A stretch of DNA of 64,000 nt from Callorhinchus milii (lineage: Eukaryota), in contig NW_024704742.1 of NCBI RefSeq assembly GCF_018977255.1, positions 99,946,001 to 100,010,000 of the forward strand, read 5' to 3'. The notes beneath the pieces are model-generated. The model made no database searches. It was not told the DNA's origin and was given only the letters and a program-made list of their open reading frames with translations. A program made the translations under genes and the position numbers. Position 1 is the stretch's first letter; every line of letters begins with the position of its first letter. This document shows positions 49,961-62,371 of this stretch, piece by piece.

Positions 49961-51911
49961 CACTGCCTTTAGGGTCTGGGCAGTGTCACCATCAAGCCAG
50001 CTCAATAATAAATAATAATAACTTTCATCCTTGCATTTGTTGTAGCACCTTTCATGTCAGAAGGACATCTCAAATCACTTCACAGGATTTACCCTAACGT
50101 ATAGTGACTCTGTATCTTTTAGGCGACTCCACTCCAAAGACATCACTTCTCTCCATCCTTCCACCCGAAGATTACATGAACACAAAAAAAGTTTGAATGA
50201 AGAAATTTTTTCAGAATATTAACTCTGCCGTATTCCCATTACTACATCAAGCTGTTTGTTAAATGAGTCAGGCATCCTGGGCTCAAATCACTCACTCTGG
50301 TAACCCATCTGTCAATTAATTCTGTATATCGGTATACTTCTTGGTAAGAGATCCAAAAGTATTTTTCCAACCCGCATTTGTGGCTTCAGATGGTAGGGAA
50401 AGGAGAGAAAATACCTTAATGGATGATATCTTTATTCAAAAGAGCTTGGTAACTTTTTTTCCATTTCCTATCAAAATGTGTTTCAGTAAATTATAGCAAA
50501 CGCCATCTATGATTTGCTTGAGGGGAATCTCAACATAATAAAAAAAAGCACATTAGCATTTCTGTTCCCCTCCCTTCATACACAGAAGAAAGCTGAGATG
50601 AAGATCGAGTTTCAATGGCAACAGAAAAAGGCTAAATTGTCAATTCCACTGCTAACAGCTGAATTTTAGCATGCCAGTGCTTTTAATCTACCCCTTTCAT
50701 TATTCTTAATACTTGAATCGTTTTTTTTTCTAAGGAGAGTAATTCTTGATCTCTCAGCCAGCCTGGTCTCATCATTTCTTCATCACTGTCAAAATTTTCA
50801 TTTATTTTCATTCACAACACATCAATTCAACTATTTTGAAAATCACACGGGAGATTCTGAAAAGACTGCAATATTTCACTGAGGATATTAAAATGCACGG
50901 TCTGAAAAGATTCCCCCTCCCAAATAAAAGAGAGCACACACAGTTGATTTAAAAATTTACGTTGCAGGCTGCCAGTGATAATTACTTTCTCAGCACAAAG
51001 GGACTCTAATGCATTTTAATGTCAAAGATCCTGTTTAATTTGTTGTAGATTCATAAAGCGTGTAGCAGCCAGTGTGGGGTGTATGATCTCACTCCATCTG
51101 AAGCCACAGCCAATAACAATTGTGATATAATGATGTTATAAGCTGTAAGCAACAAGAGTTGTTTTTTTGATTTGGGATAATCGGTTTGAATCTATAACAT
51201 TTTTGTGTCGTGTGTTTCTATATATAAAAAAATCAATCAATATTGCCACTAAAAATAAAAGGCGTCTTATGAATGAATGCATGTATCCGACAGAAAACTG
51301 CTATAAAATATATCTAATTTATAGCAATGGGGGATTCTGGTATAAAATAAAGAAATGATGAGTAGGTCTACATAGAATCAATTTTCATTATAAAAGGATG
51401 ATCCTGTATGGGCAATTTTGACCTGTAATGCAGCACTTATAGTGTCTCGGAGATACTACTATCTCTATATTTGAACTGATCAGTGTATATTTGTTCTGGT
51501 ATCAGAGTTTCTTTTTGTTATGGTACTATATTCATCATGGAATACTTGGCATTCTTTGCACAGCTGCAATGGAAATACATTTAAATGTATTGAGTTAAAG
51601 AGTGGATCTCAGCATCACAGATACTATCAGCTGTAGGAAAATTATCAATGTTCATCTGTGTAGAAATTCCGTAACACACCTGCATCAATTAAGATGGGGA
51701 ATAATTTGGAATGAACATTGTTAAGCAGCATTCCTGTGAGGAGTTAGCACATTTTGTTCAAGATATAGTAATTGAACCCAGCCTTAGAAAAGGGTTTCAA
51801 CTGTTTATACTTTTGTTAGTTATAAAATAATCACGATATTTTGGGAGGGACTCTTCACAGCTCCTTGAAACAGCATAAAGTGTAAATTGATGGGGTTGAC
51901 AAACAGGAGCA

Positions 51912-52233
51912 ATAATAATAATAATAATAATCCTTGCATTTGATATAGCGCTTTTCATGTCGGGAGGACGTCCCAAAGCGCTTCACAGAACACACTGTAA
52001 AGTGAATTGACCGTATATTTGTGGGCGAACACAGCAGCCAATTGCGCACAGCAATGTCCCACAAACAGTCGTAGATTGAAAATGACCAATTTATTATTGT
52101 TTTTTGTTTTGGAGGGATTATTATTCGGCGTGTGGAATAAGGAAACTTGCCCAAGGTTTCGCCCTGCCTGGAATTGAACTCAGGTCTCTCGCTTGCAAAG
52201 CGAGTGCTCTAACCACTGAGCTACAGGACTCCA
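51912..52233 (-). mobile_element. full-length young tRNA-SINE
   Basis: Near-identical reverse complement of 9083-9412. CAAT on both flanks may be a short TSD. Confidence 0.95.
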
Positions 52234-52663
52234 CAATGCAGAAATACGTCAGACCTTGAACATTTACCAACTATGTTGCAGCAAGGATGGGTGGCAAGTA
52301 ACTTTGAATATAATTTCACACATTTCTCATCCAGTCATACTGTCAAACATTAAACCTCTCCCCCAAACCCCGGACCACCCCTATCAGTGTCGGTGTGATT
52401 AAGACTAAATTCATTGTTGTTATGGGAGATTTAATAGCAGCTATAACATTAACAACTTGCATTTATATAGCGCCCTTCATACAGGGTACTGTTCCAGAGT
52501 GTTCTGAACTTCTGTGCAACTCGCCCCCTCCAACGTGCTGGGAAAGACAAGGAAAGAGTCAATTGAATAACTGACCAACCACTTGAACCTAAAAACACAT
52601 GGGTATGCAAATAGATGTGAGGTACATCAACGACGACAGCTCAGCTGCCACCAACTTGCTCAC

Positions 52664-52860
52664 TTCATTAGGGTGCAGGGATGATTGATTGCATTCATGT
52701 AGCAATATGATCTCTGATCACAGATCGTCTAGGATTCAGGAACGTCAAAGGCTTCTACAGCCTTTGTAGAATGTTCAAGTAGCAGGTCATTTCAATGGCC
52801 ACATTTTGCATGTCAAAAATCACTTCCCTGGAAGTCAGATAAAATGCTTACCTCTTCTCA
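52664..52860 (+). mobile_element. PIF/Harbinger transposase (DDE) fossil
   Basis: Frameshifted translation FIRVQG/MIDCIHVAI*S...FRNVKGFYSL/NVQVAGHFNGHILHVKNHFPGS matches the Harbinger core FP.VQGAIDCTH..NRKG..S.NVQ..D.....PGS.HD. Confidence 0.82.
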
Positions 52861-55086
52861 GACCCCAAACTGTTCTGCGGAATTGCTAGACTCTGTAAGT
52901 GCCAGCATCAGGACAACATGCATGGCCTCAATCCATGAACACTGACATCTATACCAAACACGTTGACAATGATCAAGGCTAAAATTCACAAATTCTCTAC
53001 ATTATTGTTTTGATGTTAAATAAAATTGCACTACCACAAGCGAGACTCCTTTTACAGCAACCATGTTTATGTAACAGAATTTCAACCCCTCTCCCAGTGC
53101 CTGCACTGATCTTATTTTTGACTTTTTTTATAATTTTGCATTATGTATCATAGAAACATAGAGTATTACAGCACAGAAGAAGGCTACTTGGCCCATCGTG
53201 CCTCTGCCTGCTTTTTGGAAGGGCTTCCCAATCAGGTCCATTCCCCTGCTCTTTCCCCATATCCCTGCAAATTTTTCCTTGTCAAGTACCCAACTAATTT
53301 CCTTTTGAAAGTTGTTATTGAATGTGCTAGAATATTTGTAAAGATCACACAAGGGGCTCTGATGAAGAACACCTTTGAGCCCATTTATTTTCATTCTCTC
53401 AGAATACCAACCCTACTCTCTTCCTAATATCACTGAAACAAATAAATAGGAACAAAGGAAATTAGGAACAAGAAGCCATTTGGCCCATTGAGCTTTATCC
53501 ACCACACTCCATTCTATGGTTTGCTAAACCCACCTTCCTACACCTTCCCCAAACTTCCCTTAAAAATGTTATTCCCCAAGTATCTATCTGTTAACTCCCT
53601 CATCTCATTTCTTATCAATGAGTTTTTGGGGCAGTGTATTCCAGATTCCTATTATTAGTTTATCACAAGTTGTCAAATCTTAATCCAAACCAATATGAGA
53701 TGATAAAGTGCAATTACCGGAATATTGCATTGAATCATCTGAATCCTCTGCTGAGTATTTTGCAAGATCTGTTTGGATGAAGAGACCCTTTGGCCCATTT
53801 GATCTTATTCTTACAGAATACCCACTCGACCTTTGTCCAATTATAGCACTAATTGTGTTTTAAATGAGATCAGCATTCTGGTCTCAACCATCCTTGCCGG
53901 CAACCAGTTCCAGTCATTAACTTTCCTCTGGGTAAAGAAATACTTGGTATCTGTCCAGAAATTGGGCTAAACCTGTGTTATTTTGTTCTGCTATCTTGAT
54001 GCATCCCATTTCATCCAACTCGTTGAAAGTAAACATTTTGGATGAATCTTGGCAAGAGGCACATGTGGTTCTGGTCTGGCTGAACTCAATAAAATCATAA
54101 CAAAAAATAATTTGTTTTGGAAACAAGTGCTGACTTATGTCATTGAGGTTCAATCAGCCAGAATGCATTGTCTGTTTCAGTGCTTGCACTCCTGCACGCA
54201 GAAAATTCCCAGCTTCTTATTCTACCTTGCTTTCTTCAATCTTATACATATAATAAAGTCTACTGCAGGTGGTCTGTAGTGAATGAATAGTTATTTTACT
54301 AGCTGTCAGGCATGGTATCACTCTATTCATCATTGCCACTTGGTTGCATGAAGCCGTGCTTTCCAGCAGATACCTTATATTTTCGTGTTCAATATTATGC
54401 ATTCCTTCAAAGCCATTTGTCACCTCTGTCATTCAGAGGAAAAACTGTATTACTACTTGAAACACAGTATTCACCATTAAACAAAAGATGGCCATGGAAT
54501 TATCAGAAGTGCTGGTGTCGCAGTCAGTAATTTGGATATCTGGTCAGATATTCATCCAGGCTTTGATTAATGCGGTATTAGACTTTTAGTCAGTGGTATT
54601 AGACTTTAGTCAGGGTTAGTCCCATAATCAGTGTAATAAGCCTTTACATCAGGCTAGTTAATATGCCAATAGCAGATTATAAATGAAATCTATTTGTGAA
54701 ATAAAGGCAGTGCTTGGAGCATAATTATTTTTCATTCACTTTCATTATATCAACTTGGTTCAAACTTTGTGTAGTCAAACCCCACATCAGCTCTTGATCT
54801 CACAGTCCAAGCTGACACTTCGTTGCCACAGTTTGGGAGTGCTGTATTGCCAGCTTTCGGGTGAGATGTTAAATCGAGGTCCCTGTTGCATGTTGCTTTA
54901 AGACTTAATTGGCAATTGGATATTGACAATGAGAAGCAAGCAAGTATAAAGCGATTCCGGGAAAGTGACTGGGCAGATTGTGGAAGAGAGTGTAAATTAT
55001 AACGTATAAATAAAGGAACAAGTGAATCTAAACTGTGTTTTGGATTTACAAACATTGCAGTCCTGACTGCCTGTTAAGTTGGACAT

Positions 55087-55399
55087 TAATAATAATCCTT
55101 GCATTTTGATATAGCGCTTTTCACATCTTCTAGACGTCTCAAAGCGCTTCACAGAATATACTGTAAAGTGAATTGACTGTATATTTGTAGGTGAAATGTA
55201 GCAGCCAATTGCGCACAGCAGTGTCCCGCAAACAGTCATGGATTGAAGTGACCAATTTATTATTGTTTTTCTTCTTGAGAGATTATTATCAGGCATGTGG
55301 AGTAAGGAAACTTGCCCAAGGTTTTGCCCTGCTGGAAATCGAAACCCAGGTCTCTCGCTTGCGAGGCAAGTGCTCTAAACACTGAGCTACAGGACTCCA
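55087..55399 (-). mobile_element. full-length tRNA-SINE
   Basis: Homologous to 9083-9412. (CA)TTAAT is present on both flanks (TSD-like). Confidence 0.93.
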
Positions 55400-55764
55400 T
55401 TAATGATCCTTTGGCACAAAAAAAGTAATGTTTTTTCAAGGACAATAATCGTTGGTATGAATTGATTATTTATCTCACAGTTGCTTGTGGCAGCTCCCAT
55501 GTATCTATCCCATCTTTTCTGATACTCCTGCATTTGCCTACAAAAACAGTCACTGCATTCGGTAGTAATTACCTGTGAAACACATTTCAATATAAAGTTC
55601 CTGTCAACAAAGTTAATGAAATATGAGAGCATATTATTTTTACCATCTATAGATCACTAGCTAGACTATATTTAGATTATTGTGTGCAGCTCTGAGCATC
55701 TGAATCAAAAGGACGTTTAAAATGTTCAAGAGGGATCATAGAAGAACAACAAAAAGATCAATAA

Positions 55765-55880
55765 GGCAAAATACTGGAAATCTGAAATAAAAACAGAAGT
55801 TGCTCGGAATACTCAACAGGTCAGGCAGCATCTATGGAGAGAGGAAAGTGAGTTAACGTTTCAGATCGATTACCTTCAAT
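55765..55880. mobile_element. probable Penelope-like element terminal remnant
   Basis: CTGGAAATCTGAAATAAAAACAGAAG..GGAATACTCAACAGGTCAGGCAGCATCTATGGAGAGAG..GAGTTAACGTTTCAG resembles, from memory, the common chondrichthyan Penelope terminal repeat. Confidence 0.6.
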
Positions 55881-56487
55881 AAGGTTCTGAGGCTCCAGGA
55901 AGGTTCTGTGTTGTGGCAAGTCACAGCAATGGTTTGTCCTATTGAACAAAAGATGATTGAAGGGGGAAGGACCAACACGATCATGTCTTTAAAAACGCTA
56001 ACGTGAGAGGTATAGATGAAAACCAGGATTGAACACTAATAAGACTCATATGGAAAGAGATGTGGTTTCTTACACAGAGTAGAGGATATGTGAAGCTGAT
56101 TCTCAATAAAAAACAGATGATACTATGTTAACTAGTTAAAAAAACATTTGGATAAGTATCTGTTTGGCAATAGAATTAAAGATTATAGAGATAGATATCA
56201 TCTGAGATAAGCAAATATTTCACCGAACATGATACAGTAGTTTATGTGCTACTGGGCCTTAATTATGTTGTTTATAAAGTGAAAGTTGCGATTGAATAGT
56301 AGAGCTTTGGAAATGGAAGAATATTCTGGAATGAAATTATCTTTGGGACCACGGGATGTAATTTGGAATATTTCTTAACAAGGACAGGAAATTGGTCATG
56401 CTGACCTGGAGGAACGCCAATATGATCTGTTTCTGAAGCGAAGCTCTCATGAAATTCTATCAGGATTTCTCAGTAAGATATATTAAT

Positions 56488-56552
56488 CAGCGCCTTGGGA
56501 CGTCCTCCCGACGTGAAAGGCGCTCTATAAATGGAATCTTGTTGTTGTTGTT
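56488..56552 (+). mobile_element. minimal L2 3' end (stem-loop + (GTT)n)
   Basis: CAGCGCCTTGGGACGTCCTCCCGACGTGAAAGGCGCTCTATAAATGGAATCTTGTTGTTGTTGTT. Confidence 0.9.
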
Positions 56553-56882
56553 ATAATAATAATCCTTGCATTTGATATAGCGCTTTTTACGTCGGGAGGA
56601 TGTCCCAAAGCGCTTCACAGAACACACTGTAAAGTGAATTGATTGTATATTTGTGGGCGAAATGTGGCAGCCAATTGCACACAGCAGTGTCCCACAAACA
56701 GTTATGGATTGAAGTGACCAATTTATTATTGTTTTGTTTTTGGAGGGATTATTATTAGATGTGTGGAATAAGGAAACTAGCTCAAGGTTTTGCCTTGCTG
56801 GGATTCAAACCCAGGGCTTTGGAAATGGAAGAATATTCTCTCACTTGAGAGGCGAGTGTTCTAACTGAGCTACAGGACTCCA
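56553..56882 (-). mobile_element. full-length tRNA-SINE carrying a 21-nt foreign insertion in its head
   Basis: Homologous to 51912-52233 except for the insert at 56816-56836. Confidence 0.93.
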
Positions 56883-57070
56883 CATAGAGTCCTCAAAATA
56901 GATCCCTCAAAATAGATCCCAATATTTGTAAATCGTTTTCCAGGAGATAAGAGTAGTGAGGTGAAATCCATGATGTGGCAAACTTTTCATGGTCTATGGA
57001 GAATGTGGGCTTGATGCATCCATTGACCCTTTTTCTTCCTATGTTTTCTTGTGTTCTTGTAGTCAGATGC

Positions 57071-57733
57071 AAAAACAACAACAAAATTACATGTGTAAAG
57101 CACCTTTCATGTCAGGAGGACATCCCAAGGCGCTGGACAGACAGAGTTATGGATCCAAGCTGGGGGTTGGTGTGCAGGAGGGTGGAGGGCAGGGGGGGAA
57201 GCAGGGAGTTCAAAAGCACGGTCGAAGAGGAGGGTCTTGAGATGGATCTTGAAGGAGGCAAGGGAGGGGGTGAGGCAGAGGGACAGTGTGATGGAGTTCC
57301 AGAGGGTGTGTGCAGAGTGACAGAAGGCCCACCCGCCGATAGTGAGGCAAGCAAGGCGGGGAACGTGAAGCAGGCCAGAGCCCGCTGAGCGGAGGGAGCA
57401 AACAGGATGGTAGGGGGTTGCAGAGATAGAGGCGAGCAAGACCGTGGAGGACTTTGAAGGTGAGGACCAGAATCTTGAATTGTATCCTCTGTATAATGGG
57501 AAGCCAGTGGAGTTGGGCAAAGATGGGGGTGATAGAGTCTCGGAGACTAGTGCGGGAGAGGACACGGGTTGCAGAATTTTGGATGATCTGCAGCCTGTGG
57601 AGGGAGGAGTTGGGGAGGCCGACAAGCAATGAGTTTGCATAGTCGAGCCTTGATGTAATGAAGGCGTGTATGAGGTGTGAGACACTGGCGGAGCCGGGCG
57701 ACGTTGCGGAAGTGAGGGAAAGCAGAGCGGGTC
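57071..57733 (-). mobile_element. L2 3' fragment
   Basis: (AAC)n tail and minus-strand LVGLPNSSLHRLQIIQNSATRVL..LHWLPIIQRIQFKIL. Confidence 0.95.
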
Positions 57734-57744
57734 AGTCTATTTAT

Positions 57745-58610
57745 ATTCCTCAGGGCTCTGTCCTTGGACCCCGCCTCTTCAATATCTATATGCTCCCTCT
57801 AGGTGACATCCGCAGATATGGGGTCAACTTTCACGTGTATGCGAATGACACCCAACTCTGTTTCTCTGCCTCCACCCTTGAGTCCAGGACCACTGCTGTG
57901 CTGACAGAATGTCTGTCAGACATCAAGTCCTGGATGAGAGCGAACTTTCTACAGTTGAATGTCAACAAGAACGGGGCCCTCCTGATTGGCTCCCGTCAGC
58001 GCCTCCTCACCTCAGGTGCTGACAGGATCACCATCCAAAGATGCACACTCCACCTCACTGAGCCAGTCTGGAAACGTGGCATCTTGTCAGCATGGCATGG
58101 ATGTAGGGTAGAAAGGATATTTGCGGAGATGGGGGAAAGCAGAGCGGGTCAGTCTATTTAAGTTCCTCAGGGCTCTGTCCTTGGCCCCTTCCTCTTCAAT
58201 ATACATATGCTCCCTCTTGGTTACATCATCTGCAGATATGGGGTCATGCCTCAACTATCCTTTCTACCCTACATCCATTCCATGACCCGCTTTGCCTTCC
58301 CCCACCTCCGCAACATCGCCCAGCTCTGCCACTGTCTCACACCGCAGGCTGCTGAGATCCTCGTACATGCATTCATAACATCCAGGGTTGACTATGCAAA
58401 CTCCTTGGCTTTGCTCCCTCTTAGCTCTGCGACCTCCTAACTCCCTACTAACCTGCCCGCTCCCTTCTTTCAGAGGCTCCAGCCTGCTTCACGTCCTCCT
58501 GCTCACCTGGGGATATGAAGCTGCAGGACTGAGCCCATGTAGACTCTCACTGGCCCCATTCTCCTATCGGGTGGCCCGGCCTCACTGTCCGTGTGGCCTT
58601 CAGTAGCCAG
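57745..58610 (+). mobile_element. rearranged L2 RT/C-terminal fragments (inverted relative to 57071-57733, partly duplicated)
   Basis: IPQGSVLGPRLFNIYMLPLG..YANDTQL..FLQLNVNK at 57745-58087, short minus-strand pieces at ~58098-58151, then a second VPQGSVLGP start with internal deletions. Confidence 0.88.
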
Positions 58611-58617
58611 GCAGGGA

Positions 58618-58950
58618 TTCCCCTGGTTGGAGAAACTAAAACCCGGGGTCACAACCTTAAAATCAGAGGCCAGCCCTCTTGCACTGAGTTGAGGAAGAAC
58701 TTCTTCACTCAAAGGGTGGTGAATGTATGGAACTTAATACCCCAAAGGGCTGTTGATGCTCAGTCCTTGACCATATTCAAGACTGAGATAGATAGATTTC
58801 TTATTGTAAAAGGGATTAAGGGATATGGGGATAAGGCAGGGTTAGGTTATTAGCTGGAGTTAGATTAGAAGATCAGCCATGATTGAATGGCGGGGCAGGC
58901 TCGAAGGGCCGAATGGCCTACTCCTGCTCCTACATGTTATGTTATGTTAT
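58618..58950 (+). mobile_element. young CR1 3' fragment
   Basis: Near-identical to 13654-13981 (PLVGETKTRGHN..FFTQRVVN..GIKGYGDKAG), with (ATGTT)n tail. Confidence 0.95.
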
Positions 58951-60970
58951 TGACTTTGACACAATTTAAATCTTGCGAGCAGAAGACAGTGTATTCTCTT
59001 ATTTTCTGCTTGTGGGATTCAAACATTTACAATGGCAGCACCAGTATTTACTGGCATTTTTGCCATTGGAAATTCCCACTCATAGCTGGAAATTCCCACT
59101 CTCTGGACCGGATCTCCCCCATTCCCCATTGGTGCTGCCAGCAGGGGTTTTAGTGTTGTTTGGTATTTGTTCACTTAAATATTTTTGGAAGATGAAAAAC
59201 AAATTGAGTCAATGCCACGTGAATGAGGTCTGAATGAAACTTAATTCTGATCCAACCATCGAATTCCAATGTAGCAAACAATGTTCTATTCACTCCCATT
59301 GCACTAAAACTGATTCGTGCCAAACTCTTCAATTGGAAAGCTGTGACCTAAGTGTACAGCATTCTTGGTGTTCAGGACTCAGCATGATAAATCATTAAGT
59401 ATGGTTGATGCACTGCCAACTTTCACCTGAAGACAACAACAGGGTTTTGAAAGAAATTGAACACTTTCGTACCAGCTATGTTTTTATGAAGATGTTTGTA
59501 TTGGTTTTGTTCTGATTGAATTACCGAGTGAATGAACAAATGGGATGGAAGCAGAAGGACTTAAAAATTGGCAATTTAACTGAAGTTAATTTGAAAGTTG
59601 ATCCAAACATAATCTTCATCCAAGCATAACATTACTTGGCAAACTAGTTCTGTCTTTATCAGAATTCAGCTGTAGCTTCTAACCAATTAAAGGTTAGAAA
59701 ATCCTCCCGAATGCACAGCCTTGCCAACTCACTGATGCGGTCTGGCTAACATGCCTTTGTTATCATAATGTTTAAGAAAGTGACAGCAGGCCACGAACTC
59801 TCAATAAAAATAGAGTTTATGCCTGAACTTAAAATGAAGGAAAATATCTATATGGTCCAAGATGAAAAAACAGTCCTCTTGAAAATATATTTTCCCAAAT
59901 TTTCTCCCACTTTCAGTTTGGAGCATTCTGAGAGCAGATTTAACATGAGCAAGGGGAGAGTAACCTATCCCTTGATTTTTTCCCAATTTTCTTAAACCAC
60001 AAACTCAAAAGAATAGTCTCAGTGTAAGCAGAACCTAAGCAAGTTCCTGGTATTAAAGCATCAGGAAACTAAACCACTTAACAATGTCCATCTAAGAACT
60101 GATTGAATCTTTAGAAATTGTTAAAAAGAATTGGATTCCAAATTAAAAATGAATTCAAGAAATGACTTCAATTCTGCTCAATCTGAATTAAAAAAAAATC
60201 GACGTGCAATCTAAGGCTAGATGCAACTTCAGGTGTTCATTAATTAGGTCGCAAAATTTTCAGACTTGATCCCCACAGTGACGTAATCCAAGATAGTTGC
60301 ATCCAGGGCTATTTAGCCTGGTTTGTGTACAAAGCATTTTTTATACTTGTTATTTTAACAAGGATGAAATATGTTTAAGAATATTACAATGTTGCAGGAA
60401 CCATTGACAAAATAGTGGAGCCAAAATTACAAGGGGCATTGTGTTAGTTAATTATCATACTGTTGAAACAAACGTCTGTCCTCTTGATAACCGACTGGCC
60501 AGCGGGTGTGATCATAATTGTTGGGTTTAAAGCTGTCTGGATTTGTTGGTCTCTTGGACTGTTGAATACTAGTTTAACTCAACAAACAGGATAATGCCCA
60601 CTAACCAGCAGTCCATGAGCTACCAAGCCCAAAACATTGGCCAGCTTCAGCCCCACCCATTGTGTTACAGTTGGGGGTGGGGGCACCATGATCTATTCAA
60701 TATCTTAAGTTACTGAGAGGGTAACGTTTTGAATGATGTGGACATTAACATACTACAAGGTCACAATTTTTACCCCAAACCCTTTTCTGCTCAGATACGT
60801 CATTGGATAGGATGTCAACATGTGTGCAGTCAACACAATTTAGCAAAGTGGGAAACCTTTTGCTGAACATTGACATGAAGGAGAATTTTTGAACTAATAC
60901 AAACAATGCATGTTATAGAATATCCTGTCAAGTGCTTTGAGACGTCTCAATGATGTGAAAATGCACTATA

Positions 60971-61420
60971 TCAGCTTGGCTCAATGGTAGCACTTTTGCC
61001 TATGAGTCAGAAGGTTGTGTGTTCAAATCTCATGTCAAAACTTGAACTCACATAGTCTAATCTGATACTCCAATGTTGTGCTGGGGGTGGCATTGTCGGA
61101 GGTATTATGTTCCAGATGAGACATTAAACTGAGATCCCGTTTGTCTGTTCAGGTGGTCAATAAAGATCTCATGGAACTATTCAAAAAGAGAAGGGAGTTC
61201 TCCTGGTGTCTTGGCCCAAATGTTAAAAAAAAATGGCTGTTAATGGGACATTACTGTGTGCAATTGTGTTACCACATGTGCCTACAAATACACAGTCACG
61301 CCATTTAACAGTAAATCCTGTGAAGCGCTTTGAGACATCCTTCCCACAGGATTAGGCACTATACCAAATGCAAGGAATATTATTATCATTACATCATATG
61401 CAAGGATTATTATTATATAA
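60971..61420 (+). mobile_element. DeuSINE-type SINE, near full length
   Basis: Head GGCTCAATGGTAGCAC..GAGTCAGAAGGTTGTGTGTTCAA, core CAGATGAGACATTAAACTGAGATCCCGTTTGTCTGTTCAGGTGG..AAAGATCTCATGGAACTATTC and a duplicated tail. Confidence 0.82.
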
Positions 61421-61439
61421 ATGGAAGATATTTGCACAT

Positions 61440-61695
61440 AAGAATAAAGAACCGGAGGGGAGGCAAGGAGAATTTTTGCCCAGAGAGTTGTTACTTTCTG
61501 GAATCCATTACCTGAAATGGTGGTGGAAGCAAATTTGATAGTAGCTTTCAAAAGACAATTGAATACATACTTAAAAAGGAAATATTCGCAGAGCTATGGA
61601 CTAAGAATGGGGGAGTAGGAATAGATGAATATTTCTTTCACAGGCATTATGGGCCAAATGGCCTCCTTCTGTGCTGCAAATTTCTATGGTTCTGA
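61440..61695 (+). mobile_element. old CR1 3' fragment
   Basis: RGEAR.IFAQRVVTFWNPLPEMVVEANLIVAFKRQLNTYLK and the 3' end GGGCCAAATGGCCTCCTTCTGTGCTG. Confidence 0.8.
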
Positions 61696-62240
61696 TTCAA
61701 TTATTCTATGAAGTAAAACATTAGTGACTTAATGAATGGCAGTGTGTATGGTGAATTAACTAACCTCTCTTCTATCACAAGCAGGCCGCTGAAATAAAGC
61801 AGATATATTTAGGTTCAGTGTAACAGTAAACATCATCTCAATTGGAAGACTGTGATAATTGTGTCTTTAACGTGATGCATAAGGTCATAAAGTTCAGTAA
61901 TGGTTCTTTTGGTATTCTGAAATTTATTCAAAGTTACTGATTGGTTGGGTCGTAATAAATTTGATTTCTGACAGAAAACCTGCCTCTCTGGGTAACTGCA
62001 ATCCACTTCAGTTCATCTCTGTCCTTCCCTCATTTCCACCTCTGCTTTGGACTTTAGTTATTGTGCTCTTGCTCTTCCCCCACCCCCACTGTAGCTGCAG
62101 TTCATATGAATGCCTCAAAACACCCCTCGAGCATTGAAACATAGGGGTCAAAATTGCAATACAGTATGCTTATACATAAGCATTGTGGTAGAAATTTCAC
62201 CTGGGTCTACACTTGCCCTATTATTGTATCTTTCCAGAGT

Positions 62241-62371
62241 GTGCAGAATTTTACCAATTGTTCAATTCAATTTTAACTTTGAAGCCCATTTTTTATAGTC
62301 TTTTTAAAAAAACTTATGGAAAAATGGTTTCAAAATTAAAGACTGTGTTTCATAATTTGACAAATTCAGCA
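62241..62371. repeat. palindromic MITE-like repeat (diverged member of the 10253 family)
   Basis: TGCAGAATTT...AAATTCAGCA termini; internal TTTAACTTTGAAGCCCATTTTT / AAAAATGGTTTCAAAATTAAA. Confidence 0.55.

Noticed and set aside
54573..54620. ~21-bp tandem duplication (similar ones at ~38283-38329 and ~59067-59101)
   Set aside because: Ordinary slippage duplications; two copies only, not CRISPR-like.
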